A DNA stretch of 64,000 nt from Octopus sinensis (Eukaryota). The notes beneath the pieces were generated by a model, which worked only from the letters and a program-made list of their open reading frames with translations, did no database searches and was not told the DNA's origin. The position numbers and the translations under genes were made by a program. Below are positions 63,122-64,000 of the stretch, piece by piece. The stretch covers positions 18,166,001 through 18,230,000 of the forward strand of contig NC_043017.1 of the NCBI RefSeq assembly GCF_006345805.1, read 5' to 3'. Each line of letters opens with the position of its first letter. Position 1 is the stretch's first letter.

Positions 63122-64000
63122 GTAAGTGCATGGTTTCTAGAATTTTAAAAACATTTTTGACTCCCTCAGATATTCCCACATAAGGGTAGGTGTATCAGAT
63201 ATTCCCACATAAGGGTGGGTGTATCTGAGGCAGCTATGTATCTTCTCTATACCAAGACACCTCTGCTTATCCCTGGCATAAAACAACCTCTTCACCCTCT
63301 CAAATACTCGTCTGGCTTAAAAGGGATTTTTTCCCGTTGTTGATGATAAGCATGGCTGTGGGGCTAAACAGTGAAGTTTGTTTTTCAGTTATGTGGATTT
63401 GGGTTCAATCCTATTGCATGCCACTTTGAGCCGGAGTTTCTCACTATAACTTCAAGCTGACTAAAGTCTTGTGAGTAGAATTTATATAGAAGAAACTGGA
63501 AATCTGGGAGATTTTGTCATCTACACACCCCCACTACCACCACCACCACCACCTGGCCTTCCAAGTATTTAACAGGGTGTTCTATATATCAATATAAATG
63601 TTACATTGATGCAACAATAATAATGAGTCTTAGAAGACTTGTCATCATTTAACATCTGTTTTCCATGCTGGCTTGGATTGGATGGTTTGACTGGAGCTGG
63701 TGAAGCTATATCAAGTTCCATTGTCTGTTGTGGCATGGTTTCTACAACTGGATGCCTTTCCTAATGACAACCACTCCATAGAGTGTACTGAGTGCTTTTT
63801 ATGTCGTACCATCACTGGTATCAATTCTGTTGTGGTGGACAGTTCTGGAGTACAGCAGTGCACCAGATATTTTGTTCCTTAGTCATCTTCATAAGGCTCA
63901 GAGTCTTGAGATTGGCCTTGTTATATATATATATTGTACAAAATGACAGAAAATGAAAAATATATTCTGGTGTATGTACTCTTTTGCTCTTTTACTTGTT

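Overview
AT-rich, microsatellite-dense animal genomic DNA. It is most likely a coleoid cephalopod (Octopus), inferred only from my recollection of its tRNA-headed SINE families. Two spliced host genes lie on the + strand. The first is the last five coding exons of a UBXN11-like gene (579-738, 1517-1620, 12293-12357, 21737-21880, 25390-25531); all phases splice in frame and give a SEP-domain end plus a C-terminal UBX domain. The second is the first two coding exons of a p67phox/NOXA1 (NCF2)-like TPR protein (40583-40771, 63039-63121), separated by a 22 kb intron. Most of the remaining sequence is transposon-derived: several SINE families with clear TSDs; relics of RTE, CR1, Tx1, R4-like and CRE-like LINEs; a mariner fragment; MITEs of Tc1/Tigger, piggyBac, MULE-like and foldback type; minisatellites and microsatellites. 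The most notable signal is a set of minimal type-I hammerhead ribozyme motifs of the Penelope-like kind. Two sit head-to-head in a near-perfect ~345 bp palindrome 1.15 kb past the UBXN11 stop, next to a perfect 50 bp hairpin. A third intact-core copy and two decayed motifs occur elsewhere. Almost all other ORFs in the track are microsatellite or TE artefacts. All homology calls are from memory and manual translation; no searches were run.
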